Below are positions 1-10,196 of a DNA stretch of 64,000 nucleotides, piece by piece. The translations under genes were made by a program, and so were the position numbers. The stretch is from positions 6,896 through 70,895 of the forward strand of contig JAICQL010000009.1 of assembly GCA_025937895.1 (NCBI GenBank), read 5' to 3'. Every line of letters begins with the position of its first letter. Position 1 is the stretch's first letter. Origin of the DNA: Polyangiaceae bacterium. GTDB lineage: Bacteria; Myxococcota_A; Polyangia; Polyangiales; Polyangiaceae. Below the pieces are notes generated by a model. The model searched no databases and was not told where the DNA came from. It worked only from the letters and a program-made list of their open reading frames with translations.

Positions 1-994
<994 letters not shown>

Positions 995-1767
995 CGAAGT
1001 CCCGTTTACCTGTGTCATCGGAGCGAGGTCGAAGGCTCGACAAAGTTGGAGGGCGGCACAGACCGCACCCAAGGATACGCCAGTCTGTAGCCAAGCTCCT
1101 TAACCCGCAAGGGCTTTCTGGCTGTGGCGCCGGGACACCGGGCGAGCTGTGTTCCGTGCTCTGATCCGTGTTTTGTACCGATAGCTGGGCGTAGATCTAG
1201 ATCTGAATCTCGGTGCGAAGATTTCGCGTGCGAGCAGCTTTTGAAGCGATATTTCGACGCATGGTTCGACGCACTGGGTAAAGCGTGGCAGGGCGCCGAG
1301 GTGTGGGGCGCCGCATGGGATGCGGATGACCCAGGTAGGGTGCATTTTGCCGCCATTGGCAGGCGTTGAGCGCGCGGGCCCTGACGCGGAACGCAATCGG
1401 ACCGCGAGGTGCCAGTGGCCCTGGATGAAGAGCGGGTGGCTGCGATCATGCTGCTCGCACTCGGTGTGTCCTGATGAGTAGCTCTGGAGAGTCGCATTTC
1501 TCGAGCGCTAACTGAGATCGACGAGCTGGGAAACGCGAGCAGCGCAGCTGCGCCGTGCCCGGATGTGCCCCAGCGAGCTCGCGCCCCGGAGGGACTGGAA
1601 CCGAAGCCCGGCTCTGGGCCTCCAGTACACCGATCTGAAACGCCGCTCTTGCCCTCTCGTCGAGACGACGTTCGCCGAGCGCCGCGGCAATGAATTCTTA
1701 ACGCGGCAGCCACCAGCACAGGCTCGCCTGCGACCGCTCGGGCGCGCTCGCCGTGCACGCCACGCGC

Positions 1768-2448
1768 TCATGGAGTTGCACGGCGATAGGCGGTGGCCAG
1801 CGCGTCTGCATACTCGTTCCAGCGATAACCGTTGTGCGACTTGATCCAGCGTAGCTCGATTTGCGGGTGTGCGCGCGCCAGGCGGTACAGCTCCTGCACC
1901 AGATCCAGGTTCTTGATCGCGCCACTCTTGCGCTTCCAGCCGTTCTTCTCCCAGGTCGCTGCCCAGGAGTTGATGGTGTCCACGCACAGCTGGCTGTCGG
2001 TCAGCACCACCGCCGCCTGCCCCGCTGGCACCAGCTGGTAGCCCGCGATCAGCGCGGTCAGCTCCATCCGGTTGTTGGTGGTCAGCGGCTCCGAGCCGTG
2101 TGCCTGGGCAATGATCTGGTTATCTACGACGTACACCGCGCCCCAGCCACCTGGCCCCGGGTTCGGGTGCGCCGCACCGTCCGTGAAGACGCCGGTGGTC
2201 GGGCCGTCGGTATAGGTGGCCAGGACCTGCTCCAGGGTCATCGACCCCTCGCTGCTCTCGGTCCGCGTTCCCGTGGCCGCCGGGCGAGCGCGAGGAGGTG
2301 TGGCACGCCGAGCGGGTTGGCCGGCCTTGTTCGCTCCCGGAGTGCGGCAGCGGATGCAAGTCTTCGGCTGCCAGGCGGGATATTTGTCCAGCGTGGTCTG
2401 CGGCACGTTGAAGCCGCGACCGCAACGCTGGCACTGGAACGTAGGCAT
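1768..2448 (-). CDS. rnhA: Ribonuclease HI with an N-terminal CxxC...CxxC zinc-ribbon-like extension
   Basis: 226-aa ORF. The C-terminal 150 aa carry RNase H catalytic motifs (FTDGA, NNRMELTA, LTDSQ, NEYADAL). The N-terminus reads MPTFQCQRCGRGF...KTCIRCRTPG, followed by a Pro/Ala/Arg linker. Confidence 0.85.
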   Translation of the reverse strand: MPTFQCQRCGRGFNVPQTTLDKYPAWQPKTCIRCRTPGANKAGQPARRATPPRARPAATGTRTESSEGSMTLEQVLATYTDGPTTGVFTDGAAHPNPGPGGWGAVYVVDNQIIAQAHGSEPLTTNNRMELTALIAGYQLVPAGQAAVVLTDSQLCVDTINSWAATWEKNGWKRKSGAIKNLDLVQELYRLARAHPQIELRWIKSHNGYRWNEYADALATAYRRATP

Positions 2449-3013
2449 GGGCGGCGGATTATTGTCCAGGCCCCGCCCGAAACGCGACCCGAGCCTGCGC
2501 TTTTGACCGCCGGGGTGATGCCGCGGGTGCGGGCGCCCGAGCGCTCGCTTTTCGCGCTCGGAGCTTGCGATAGCTGCTCCAGCCTGGCTCGTGCCCTCCG
2601 TTCACAGTCAACGGAGGACATGATGTCCTCCGCGCCTCGCTGAAGGCGTGATTCTCCAAGGAAGAGGAGGGCCGCGAGCCACGTGGACGAGCACACGCCG
2701 TCCTCGCGGTTTGCGGGAACACACCCGATTTGCACACCCGAGCAAGCTAAAGTCCCGCAGGGGGAGTGAAGGTCACTCGAACTCGGGCCAATCAGCTGAG
2801 TACAGCTGGCGTTCGGCTTTAATCGGGTAGCCGAGCGTGACCGCGGCAGGGGCGCTGGAGCGCCCCCGCCGCGGTCTTGTTTTTTTGTGGCGGTGTTCCA
2901 CCGCAGTCCAAACACAGCGCAAGATCGCGCTCGCATCAGCAGGATCGCTGGCAAAGACGGACCCTGTGCCGGGTCGCCGCCTTGTTCGCCGGGGGCCAAC
3001 CGCGCTATAGCCG

Positions 3014-4285
3014 ATGACCGCTATGCTTCGTTCGCGCGTCCTGGCTGCGAGCCTGCTCAGTCTCGCGTTTCTGGCATTCCAGCAGAGTTGCTCGGCGGGC
3101 GGAAGCTCGTCAGAGGGCGTTGCCGTGACCGGCACCGAGGCAGGGCAAGCGCCCGTGTTGCCACCGCCCACGGGTCAGGGCAGCGGCACCCCCGGCCAGA
3201 ACGGCACGTTCATGCTGGACGACGAGTCGCAGCTGATCGACGAGAACGCGCCGCCACCCAACGTCGGCAGCGAGATGGCTTGCGACGGCATCGACGAGAA
3301 CGGCAACGGGATCATCGATGACGTGGACAAGGGCAGGGACGGCCTGTGCGACTGCCTGAACATCGGCTTCTTCGGCGCGCTCGCCTCCGACAACGGCAAC
3401 TCCACCGGGGCCTTCGAGACGTGGCTGGAGGCGCGCAGTGACGTGCCCGTCACCCACATCGGCGCGCGCGACACCATCACCGCGGACGTGCTGCGGCCGC
3501 TGCAGGTGCTCGTGATCGGCAACCTGCGCGAGCGCGGCAACGCGGGCTTCAGCGCGGCGGAGCTGGAGGCCTTTCGCCAGTGGATCGAGGTCGAGGGTGG
3601 GGGCGTGATGAGCCTGGCGGGCTACACCGCCAATGCCAACGACATGGCACCGACGGTGGCGCTGCTCGCGCCGACGGGCATCAGCTACGACTACCAGGGG
3701 CGCGGCCCCGGTGTGCTGGGGGTGGTGATGAACGGGCCTCCGCCCGTCATCGTCAACGACATCACCGCGCCCGAGCATCCCAGCATGGAGGGCATCAAGG
3801 CGCTCGGTGTCTTCAACGCCTATCCGGTGGTGGGCGACGGTCAGGTAATCGTGCGCTCCGGCGAGTTCAACCTGGCCATGGCCAAGGAGCTGGGCGCGGG
3901 CCACGTGTTTGTCTTCTCCGATGAGTGGATCACGCAGGATGTGCTGTGGTCTCCGATGATGCGCCCGCTCACCCAGTGTCAGCAGAGCTGTAACCAGTGC
4001 GCCAATCAGTGCAGCAACTGCGAGACCAACTGCGCCAACTGCCAGCTGCAGCCCTGCCAGGGTGGCCAGCAGCCGCCGGACGGCGGCACGTGCGCGCGCG
4101 GCTGTGATCAGGCCTGCACGCAGTGCACGAACAATTGCCAGACGTGCGAGGCCGCGTGCGCCGCCTGCAGCGCGCTGGAGCAGGATCAGGAGCTCGACAT
4201 CCCGCGCTTCTGGCTGAACACCTTCCGCTGGCTCACCCCGGCGAACGAGTGTCAGGTGCCGGTGCCCACCACGATCGTCTACTGA
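3014..4285 (+). CDS. Putative lipoprotein with a CDGxDxxGNG metal-binding-like motif, an amidotransferase-like central region and a 16-Cys C-terminal module
   Basis: 423-aa ORF. The signal peptide ends ...AFQQSC (lipobox-like). It contains MACDGIDENGNGIIDDVDKGRDGLCDC. At 3977-4168 there are 16 Cys in 64 aa with alternating x3/x2 spacing. Confidence 0.7.
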   Translation: MTAMLRSRVLAASLLSLAFLAFQQSCSAGGSSSEGVAVTGTEAGQAPVLPPPTGQGSGTPGQNGTFMLDDESQLIDENAPPPNVGSEMACDGIDENGNGIIDDVDKGRDGLCDCLNIGFFGALASDNGNSTGAFETWLEARSDVPVTHIGARDTITADVLRPLQVLVIGNLRERGNAGFSAAELEAFRQWIEVEGGGVMSLAGYTANANDMAPTVALLAPTGISYDYQGRGPGVLGVVMNGPPPVIVNDITAPEHPSMEGIKALGVFNAYPVVGDGQVIVRSGEFNLAMAKELGAGHVFVFSDEWITQDVLWSPMMRPLTQCQQSCNQCANQCSNCETNCANCQLQPCQGGQQPPDGGTCARGCDQACTQCTNNCQTCEAACAACSALEQDQELDIPRFWLNTFRWLTPANECQVPVPTTIVY

Positions 4286-4618
4286 CGCCCTGGTAGCGGG
4301 CAGCACATACGGGGGCTCCAGGAGGGCGGCTCCAGCAGGGACACTCCGGCAGGGACGCAGGCGCACCTTGGGCTACATGCATGCCTGCAGGGCTGCTCGC
4401 CACGCGCTCGGCCTGCGCCAGGTACGTCGGTGAGAGGCGCTCTGCGCCCAGCGCTCACACGCGGGCATGATTTAGCCGCGCACGACGCTGCTTTGCTTGG
4501 CGGACCCCGGTTGCCAGCCTCATGGTTAACTCTGGCGCGCATTGAAACGCCGGGCTGCGCCGTTTGTATTCGTGGGGGACCGCTGCCGTCCGGCAGTCGG
4601 TCGCGCGAGACGAGAGCG

Positions 4619-5836
4619 ATGGCAGCTGATTCGAGCATCGACGAGACGGAAGCGGCAGGCGCTGCGGCAGAGGAGAAGCCCGCTGCCCTGCCCGACAAGC
4701 CCAATGGGCCACCGCGCCCACCGCGCCCCGCGCGGCGGGCCAGCGTGTCGCTGCGCATCCCGTTGCCGTCCGCGGTCATCCCCGGCTCCAAGCTGAGCTC
4801 TTCGCGGGCGGAGCCGCTCGCGGAGCAGCAAGAGGCACCGGCAGCCGCCGGCGCTGCCGAGCCCAGCACAGGTGCAGAGGCGGCAGCGGAGCCCGCGCGC
4901 ACCATGCCCAGCCCCGGCATGCCGCCCCGGCGAGAGCAGCCAGCGGCGCTGCGGCTGGACCCGCAGAACATGCCCACGCCGTTGCCGGAGCGGCCCTCGC
5001 CACCACCGGCTCCGCTCACGCCCCGGGTAAACGCGGGCGACGCCAGCAACATCGAGTTCAGCCTCACCCGCCGCTCGAGCGGCGCCCCGCCGCTCAGCTT
5101 CGACAGCGAAGACGTGGACCCCTCGGATCGAGCTCCCGTCGCGCCGCTCACCCCCTGGCATGACGTGCCGCCGCTGCAAGAAGCGGCCGACCAGGCCAGC
5201 CCGGCGGTGGCAGCTGCGGCCGACAACGATCACGAAGACACCATCGTGGGGCAAGTGCCGCAGGATCTGCTCGAGCTGGCCAGCGAGAACGAGGAAGAGA
5301 ACACGCGCGCTTACCAGGCTCCGCAGGAGCTGATCGACCTGGCCCGGCGCAAGCGCGAAGAGCGGCGCCAGGCGCGCGGCCTGGCAGCGCGCGGGCAAGA
5401 CGCGAAGGGCAGATTCGCCGACTCGCTGCCGCCCGCCGCGCGCGCCGTGGCGGAGCTCGACGAGGACCAGCGCGAGGTGGCCACCGCCACGGTGCCGCTC
5501 GACACTTTGCCTCCGGGCGACGCGGCGCCGCCCGTGGCTCGCTCCAGCGCAGTGCGCGGGGGTGCCCTGCGCGACGAGCAGAGCCTGGAGCGCCAGGTGA
5601 GCAACGCGCCCGCCTCGCTGGAGGAGCTGGTCGCCGCCGTGTCGAGACCTGGCGAGCGCGAGTCGATCGCGGTCACCAGCCAGGTACTGAGCGAGGATCG
5701 CACCCCGGACTCGCTGCCCGACTTTGCTCGCGGCTCCACTCGCGCGCGCGGCTGGCTGCTGCTGGTCGGGCTGGTGCTGCTGCTCGGCTTCGTGCTGGCT
5801 CGCTGGGGCGGCATGGAGCTGCCGCTCTCGCGCTGA
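4619..5836 (+). CDS. Pro/Ala-rich protein with a C-terminal transmembrane anchor (hypothetical)
   Basis: This is the internal ATG (M64) of ORF 4430..5836. GC3 is high throughout. The C-terminus GWLLLVGLVLLLGFVLARW is hydrophobic. No recognisable domain. Confidence 0.55.
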   Translation: MAADSSIDETEAAGAAAEEKPAALPDKPNGPPRPPRPARRASVSLRIPLPSAVIPGSKLSSSRAEPLAEQQEAPAAAGAAEPSTGAEAAAEPARTMPSPGMPPRREQPAALRLDPQNMPTPLPERPSPPPAPLTPRVNAGDASNIEFSLTRRSSGAPPLSFDSEDVDPSDRAPVAPLTPWHDVPPLQEAADQASPAVAAAADNDHEDTIVGQVPQDLLELASENEEENTRAYQAPQELIDLARRKREERRQARGLAARGQDAKGRFADSLPPAARAVAELDEDQREVATATVPLDTLPPGDAAPPVARSSAVRGGALRDEQSLERQVSNAPASLEELVAAVSRPGERESIAVTSQVLSEDRTPDSLPDFARGSTRARGWLLLVGLVLLLGFVLARWGGMELPLSR

Positions 5837-6037
5837 AGCTGGCGCTCGCCCGGCGCTGGCCCTGGCGCGCCGCCGGCACCACCCTGCGGTCGCAGTACGC
5901 AGACCGCGCGCCATCGCGAAAGTCAGCCGCGCGGAGTGCGGGCACACGGGTTGCACATGGCCTCCCCAACGTCAGCGCTCGTGGCCAAGCCGCGGGCCTG
6001 CCCATGCAAAGACCGCCAGGTCATCGGGGAGAAGCCA

Positions 6038-7108
<1,071 letters not shown>

Positions 7109-7271
7109 GCTCCGCCGTGCGCTGCCGGAGGTCCACTTGCCTGCTCTCGGGCAGGTGGCTCTCCGGCGGTCACCCGCCGGCCGGCAACGCGCCTGGCACG
7201 GGAAGCAGCGTTTTCAGATGGTCGAGGTGCGAGACAAGGAGCGGTGCTGCGTCTTGGGAGAAGGTGATCCG

Positions 7272-7583
7272 ATGCGCAACGAACGAGGGCAAGCGGTGGA
7301 GACAGTTGGCGGCTCGACTCGGCAGCCGCCAGTGGAGCGGCCCGGGCTCGAGCGGACCACCACCCGCCGCCATGCTCGCGTGCCCACCGAGTGTGCGCTG
7401 TGTGGTGCCGGCGACTTCGCTTCGGTGATCGAGGTGCTCTCCGGTCCCGTGTGCTTGTTGCACTGGGTGTGTCCGCCGCACGGCTGGTACCTGCTGCGCG
7501 AGGCGCGTCTGGAGCGCGGCGTGCCACTGCTGCGCGCGCGCTGCCCCGCCTGCATGGATCAGCTGTTCGCCCTGCCGCGCTGA
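7272..7583 (+). CDS. Small hypothetical protein with two CxxC pairs (zinc-ribbon-like)
   Basis: This is an internal ATG of ORF 7137..7583. GC3 is about 85% in this frame. It contains CALCG...RCPACM. It does not look like RecX. The start is uncertain. Confidence 0.4.
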   Translation: MRNERGQAVETVGGSTRQPPVERPGLERTTTRRHARVPTECALCGAGDFASVIEVLSGPVCLLHWVCPPHGWYLLREARLERGVPLLRARCPACMDQLFALPR

Positions 7584-7628
7584 GCCGCCTCAGGTCTTTG
7601 ACTCCGCTTCACGCCGCCTCACGCCGCT

Positions 7629-8876
7629 TCACGCGGCCGTGCGGCTCGTCCGCGGAGCGCTGGCGAGCCGCTCCAGCACCGTGGCCGCAGCGGCCACCGC
7701 GTCCGTCTCCCGAATCTGGCGCGACAGCTCCGCCAGGGTGCGCCGCGTCTCCAGGCTATCCAGCAAGCGCCGAGCCTGCTTGGCCAGCACATCGCCGGCC
7801 AGGCTCCGGCGCGCCACCACGGCTCCCGCCCCGAGCAGGGTGATGCGATGGCCGTTGTCGGGCTGATCAAACGCCTGCGGGCTGATGATCTGGGGGATGC
7901 CGGCCTCCAGCGCGCGCGCAGTGGTGCCGATGCCGCCGTGGTGCACGAGCAGCGCGGCGTGGGGCAAGAGCCGCTCCAACTCCAGGTATGGCTCGTGGAG
8001 CAGCGCTCCGCCAGCCGGGATGGTGCTGGGGTCAAAACACGGGCTCAGGAAGATGCCGGGCTTCTGCAGCAGCTTGCAGCAGCTGCGAGCGGCGTCGAAA
8101 AACTGCCGCACGTCTGCCACCCCGGTGCCCGGCGTGAACACCAGTGGCGCTCCGCGCTGGCGGATGAACTGCGCCACCCGCTCCGGCAGCTCTCCGCGCG
8201 GGGGCGTCAGCGGAAAGCCCACGCAGTCCAGCGACGCGGGCCAGTCCGACGCGCGCGGGCAGTACCACTCGGGAAACAGGCACAGCTGGTGAGTGACGAG
8301 GCCCTCGAGCACGCGCCAGCTGCCGTTCAGCGGCTGCAGCCCCAGCGTGCTGCGAAACTCGTTCATGCGGCGCAAAATGTACGGGTGCGTGTAGCGGCGC
8401 TCCAGCACTCCCGGCAAGACATGACGGCGGACGTATTTGCCCAGCCAGCCCTTCACCGCCTCGCTCAGCGGATAATACGGCGCCTCCAGTGAGCTGATGC
8501 GGAACGGCGCGAGGGTGAAGCGGACCAGAGGTAGGCCGTGGCGCTCCGCCATCAGGGTGGAGGCGGCGTAGCTCTCCGGGTTGACCAGCACCAGCTCCGT
8601 ACCGCGCGCGAGCTCTCGCTCGATGAAGTCGAACGTGGGCTGGTAGGAGGGGAACACGATGTTGCCGAAGTTCTCCTCCACCTCGACCAGGTTGTTGGTC
8701 TGGGCGGGCGCAATGGCGGTGAAAGGAACGCCCAGCTGCCGCGCCAGGCTCGCGGCGGGAGCGTTGCCCAGCACGTGACAGCTGTGGCCGCGCGCCTGCA
8801 GCTCGGAGGCCATGGCCAGCATCGGCAGCAGATCTCCACGAGTGCCGGTACCACTGAAGACGAACTTGGTGCCCAT
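7629..8876 (-). CDS. GT1-family (UDP-glycosyltransferase/MGT-like) glycosyltransferase
   Basis: 415 aa. The N-terminus reads FSGTGTRGDLLPMLAMASELQARGH. The C-terminal nucleotide-sugar signature is HHGGIGTTARALEAGIPQIISPQAFDQPDNG. Confidence 0.85.
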   Translation of the reverse strand: MGTKFVFSGTGTRGDLLPMLAMASELQARGHSCHVLGNAPAASLARQLGVPFTAIAPAQTNNLVEVEENFGNIVFPSYQPTFDFIERELARGTELVLVNPESYAASTLMAERHGLPLVRFTLAPFRISSLEAPYYPLSEAVKGWLGKYVRRHVLPGVLERRYTHPYILRRMNEFRSTLGLQPLNGSWRVLEGLVTHQLCLFPEWYCPRASDWPASLDCVGFPLTPPRGELPERVAQFIRQRGAPLVFTPGTGVADVRQFFDAARSCCKLLQKPGIFLSPCFDPSTIPAGGALLHEPYLELERLLPHAALLVHHGGIGTTARALEAGIPQIISPQAFDQPDNGHRITLLGAGAVVARRSLAGDVLAKQARRLLDSLETRRTLAELSRQIRETDAVAAAATVLERLASAPRTSRTAA

Positions 8877-8990
8877 GTTCGCTCATCGACGGACTGGCGC
8901 GACGGGTTTCCGGGAATCGGCGGCCCCATTGCTCTCGCTACATGGTGGGCCCGGAGCGAGCCTGCGGCGCGAGCGGCAGGGCCACGAGGG

Positions 8991-9034
8991 AACAAATAAA
9001 AAAAGGGCAGCCGCAGCATGCTGCTGCTCTGCCC
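8991..9034 (-). terminator. Rho-independent terminator or attenuator downstream of peptide A
   Basis: On the minus strand, GGGCAGAGCAGCAGCATGCTGCGGCTGCCC forms a stem (with an internal perfect palindrome GCAGCATGCTGC). It is followed directly by TTTTTTTTATTTG. An 8-nt A/T run is exceptional in this GC context. Confidence 0.65.
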
Positions 9035-9121
9035 ATCGCCCCCATCGCGGCCCGTGTAGGGCCCGGATCCGACGGGGGGTGCCGCGAGCCTGCGCGGGCC
9101 CCCGTCAGTGGTAGGGCCGCC

Positions 9122-9367
9122 TCAGTAGCCCACGCTGCGAGCGCGGCGCTTGACCTCGCCGAGAAGCATATTGGCAAAGCCATCTGCGATGGCCTTGGCG
9201 CCATCGACGAAGGCACCGCCCACGGCCTTGGCGCCATCGGCGATGGTTTCGCCCACGGCCTTGAACCCGTCGCCGATGGCGTCGACGATGCCGCCCAGAA
9301 AACCGCCCTGAACCGCGCTCAGCTCCGCATCTGAGAGCTCGCGACCGAGGTTGTCAAACTTGCTCAT
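9122..9367 (-). CDS. Double-glycine-leader bacteriocin-like peptide A (81 aa)
   Basis: MSKFDNLGRELSDAELSAVQGG | FLGGIVDAIGDGFKAVGETIADGAKAVGGAFVDGAKAIADGFANMLLGEVKRRARSVGY. The leader is a canonical LSxxELxxVxGG. AGAGGA lies upstream of the ATG. GC3 is high. The core has about 11-aa internal repeats (DGxKAxG). Confidence 0.8.
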   Translation of the reverse strand: MSKFDNLGRELSDAELSAVQGGFLGGIVDAIGDGFKAVGETIADGAKAVGGAFVDGAKAIADGFANMLLGEVKRRARSVGY

Positions 9368-9562
9368 GGTTCGTTCCTCTTTGTGTTGCTTGGTGAATCA
9401 AAAACACGCTGCCGCTGCTGGCGGCCCTGCGACGGCTCATGTCTATGCTCGTCGCCGTGTGCCGAGGTAGTCGGCCGCAGCCGCGCCGGCGTTGCGCGCT
9501 TTTGTCGTCGTTGGATGTGCGTCGCTGCCAGACGTGCGCTTCAGCAGTGCGCCGGAGCGTCT

Positions 9563-9576
9563 GCATCACGTGATGC
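9563..9576. promoter_or_regulatory. Perfect 14-bp palindrome GCATCACGTGATGC in the divergent A/B promoter region
   Basis: Read directly from the sequence. It shares the TGCATC/GATGCA half-site with repeats upstream of peptides C and D. Confidence 0.35.
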
Positions 9577-9702
9577 GACGGCGCTCCGAAATCTGCGGGA
9601 AGCACGAAACCTTTAACCAGCATCAACCGATGGGTGGCGCGTTGGCGCAGTGACGCCAAGTCGCCGGCGCAGTGCCGGCGCTCGTCAGCGAAAGAATCAG
9701 CG

Positions 9703-9867
9703 ATGAAGAACCACGATGCACAGCAGACCGAGTCCGAGCTCTCCGACGACGTGCTCGCGCACGTCACCGGCGGCGCAGCGGGCGTGGCCCAGCCCCAGGG
9801 CCCCATCTTCCCGGGTGTTGACTTCGACTACCCGAAGAAGCCGATCGACCCCCGCGACATTCGCTGA
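9703..9867 (+). CDS. Double-glycine-leader peptide B (54 aa), Pro-rich core
   Basis: This is the internal ATG (M24) of ORF 9634..9867: MKNHDAQQTESELSDDVLAHVTGG | AAGVAQPQGPIFPGVDFDYPKKPIDPRDIR. GC3 is high. Confidence 0.7.
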   Translation: MKNHDAQQTESELSDDVLAHVTGGAAGVAQPQGPIFPGVDFDYPKKPIDPRDIR

Positions 9868-10001
9868 GCTCCGCCGCGGCGCCACAGTAGCACCGTGAAA
9901 TACTGAGGCGCCGAGCTCACCAGCTGTGTCCATGAGGTGCTGATGCAGCGATGATCGTCCGAGTCACCTCCCGACGAAACGGGTTCAATGAACCTTCCAG
10001 G

Positions 10002-10047
10002 CCGGCGGCTGCTCCTCTAGCAGGGGCAGCCGCCGGCGCATTTTGTG
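10002..10047 (+). terminator. Hairpin with short T-tract between peptide B and the downstream genes (terminator or attenuator)
   Basis: An 11-bp perfect stem, CCGGCGGCTGC (10002-10012) paired with GCAGCCGCCGG (10026-10036). It is followed by CGCATTTTGTG. Confidence 0.5.
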
Positions 10048-10196
10048 CTTCTGCGCCGCCGCGGCCGTGAAAGTGCAGAGTGCGCCCGCTTTTGCGCGCG
10101 ACGTCCGGCGGCGATCGAGGCAACATCCCCGTCGAGCACGGCACGGGCAGCGCGGCGCAGGGGCGCGCTTCGATAGTCGCGCTCGAGCGGGGAGCA

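Noticed and set aside
1000-1767. Small ORFs (e.g. 1124..1369 +, 1015..1758 -) in the 770-bp gap between the kinase and rnhA
   Set aside because: They have no motif, mixed codon bias and mutually overlapping frames. The region is treated as non-coding.
3110-4366. 418-aa minus-strand ORF
   Set aside because: It is antisense to the lipoprotein gene, which has a signal peptide, lipobox and Cys motifs. It has shadow-frame composition.
5837-6037. LexA/SOS box upstream of recA
   Set aside because: I could not find a match to either the gamma-proteobacterial CTGT-N8-ACAG motif or the myxobacterial GTTCAG-type motif by eye.
7137-7583. recX downstream of recA
   Set aside because: The ORF has no RecX-like helical repeat sequence. 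It is retained only as a low-confidence CxxC hypothetical protein from ATG 7272.
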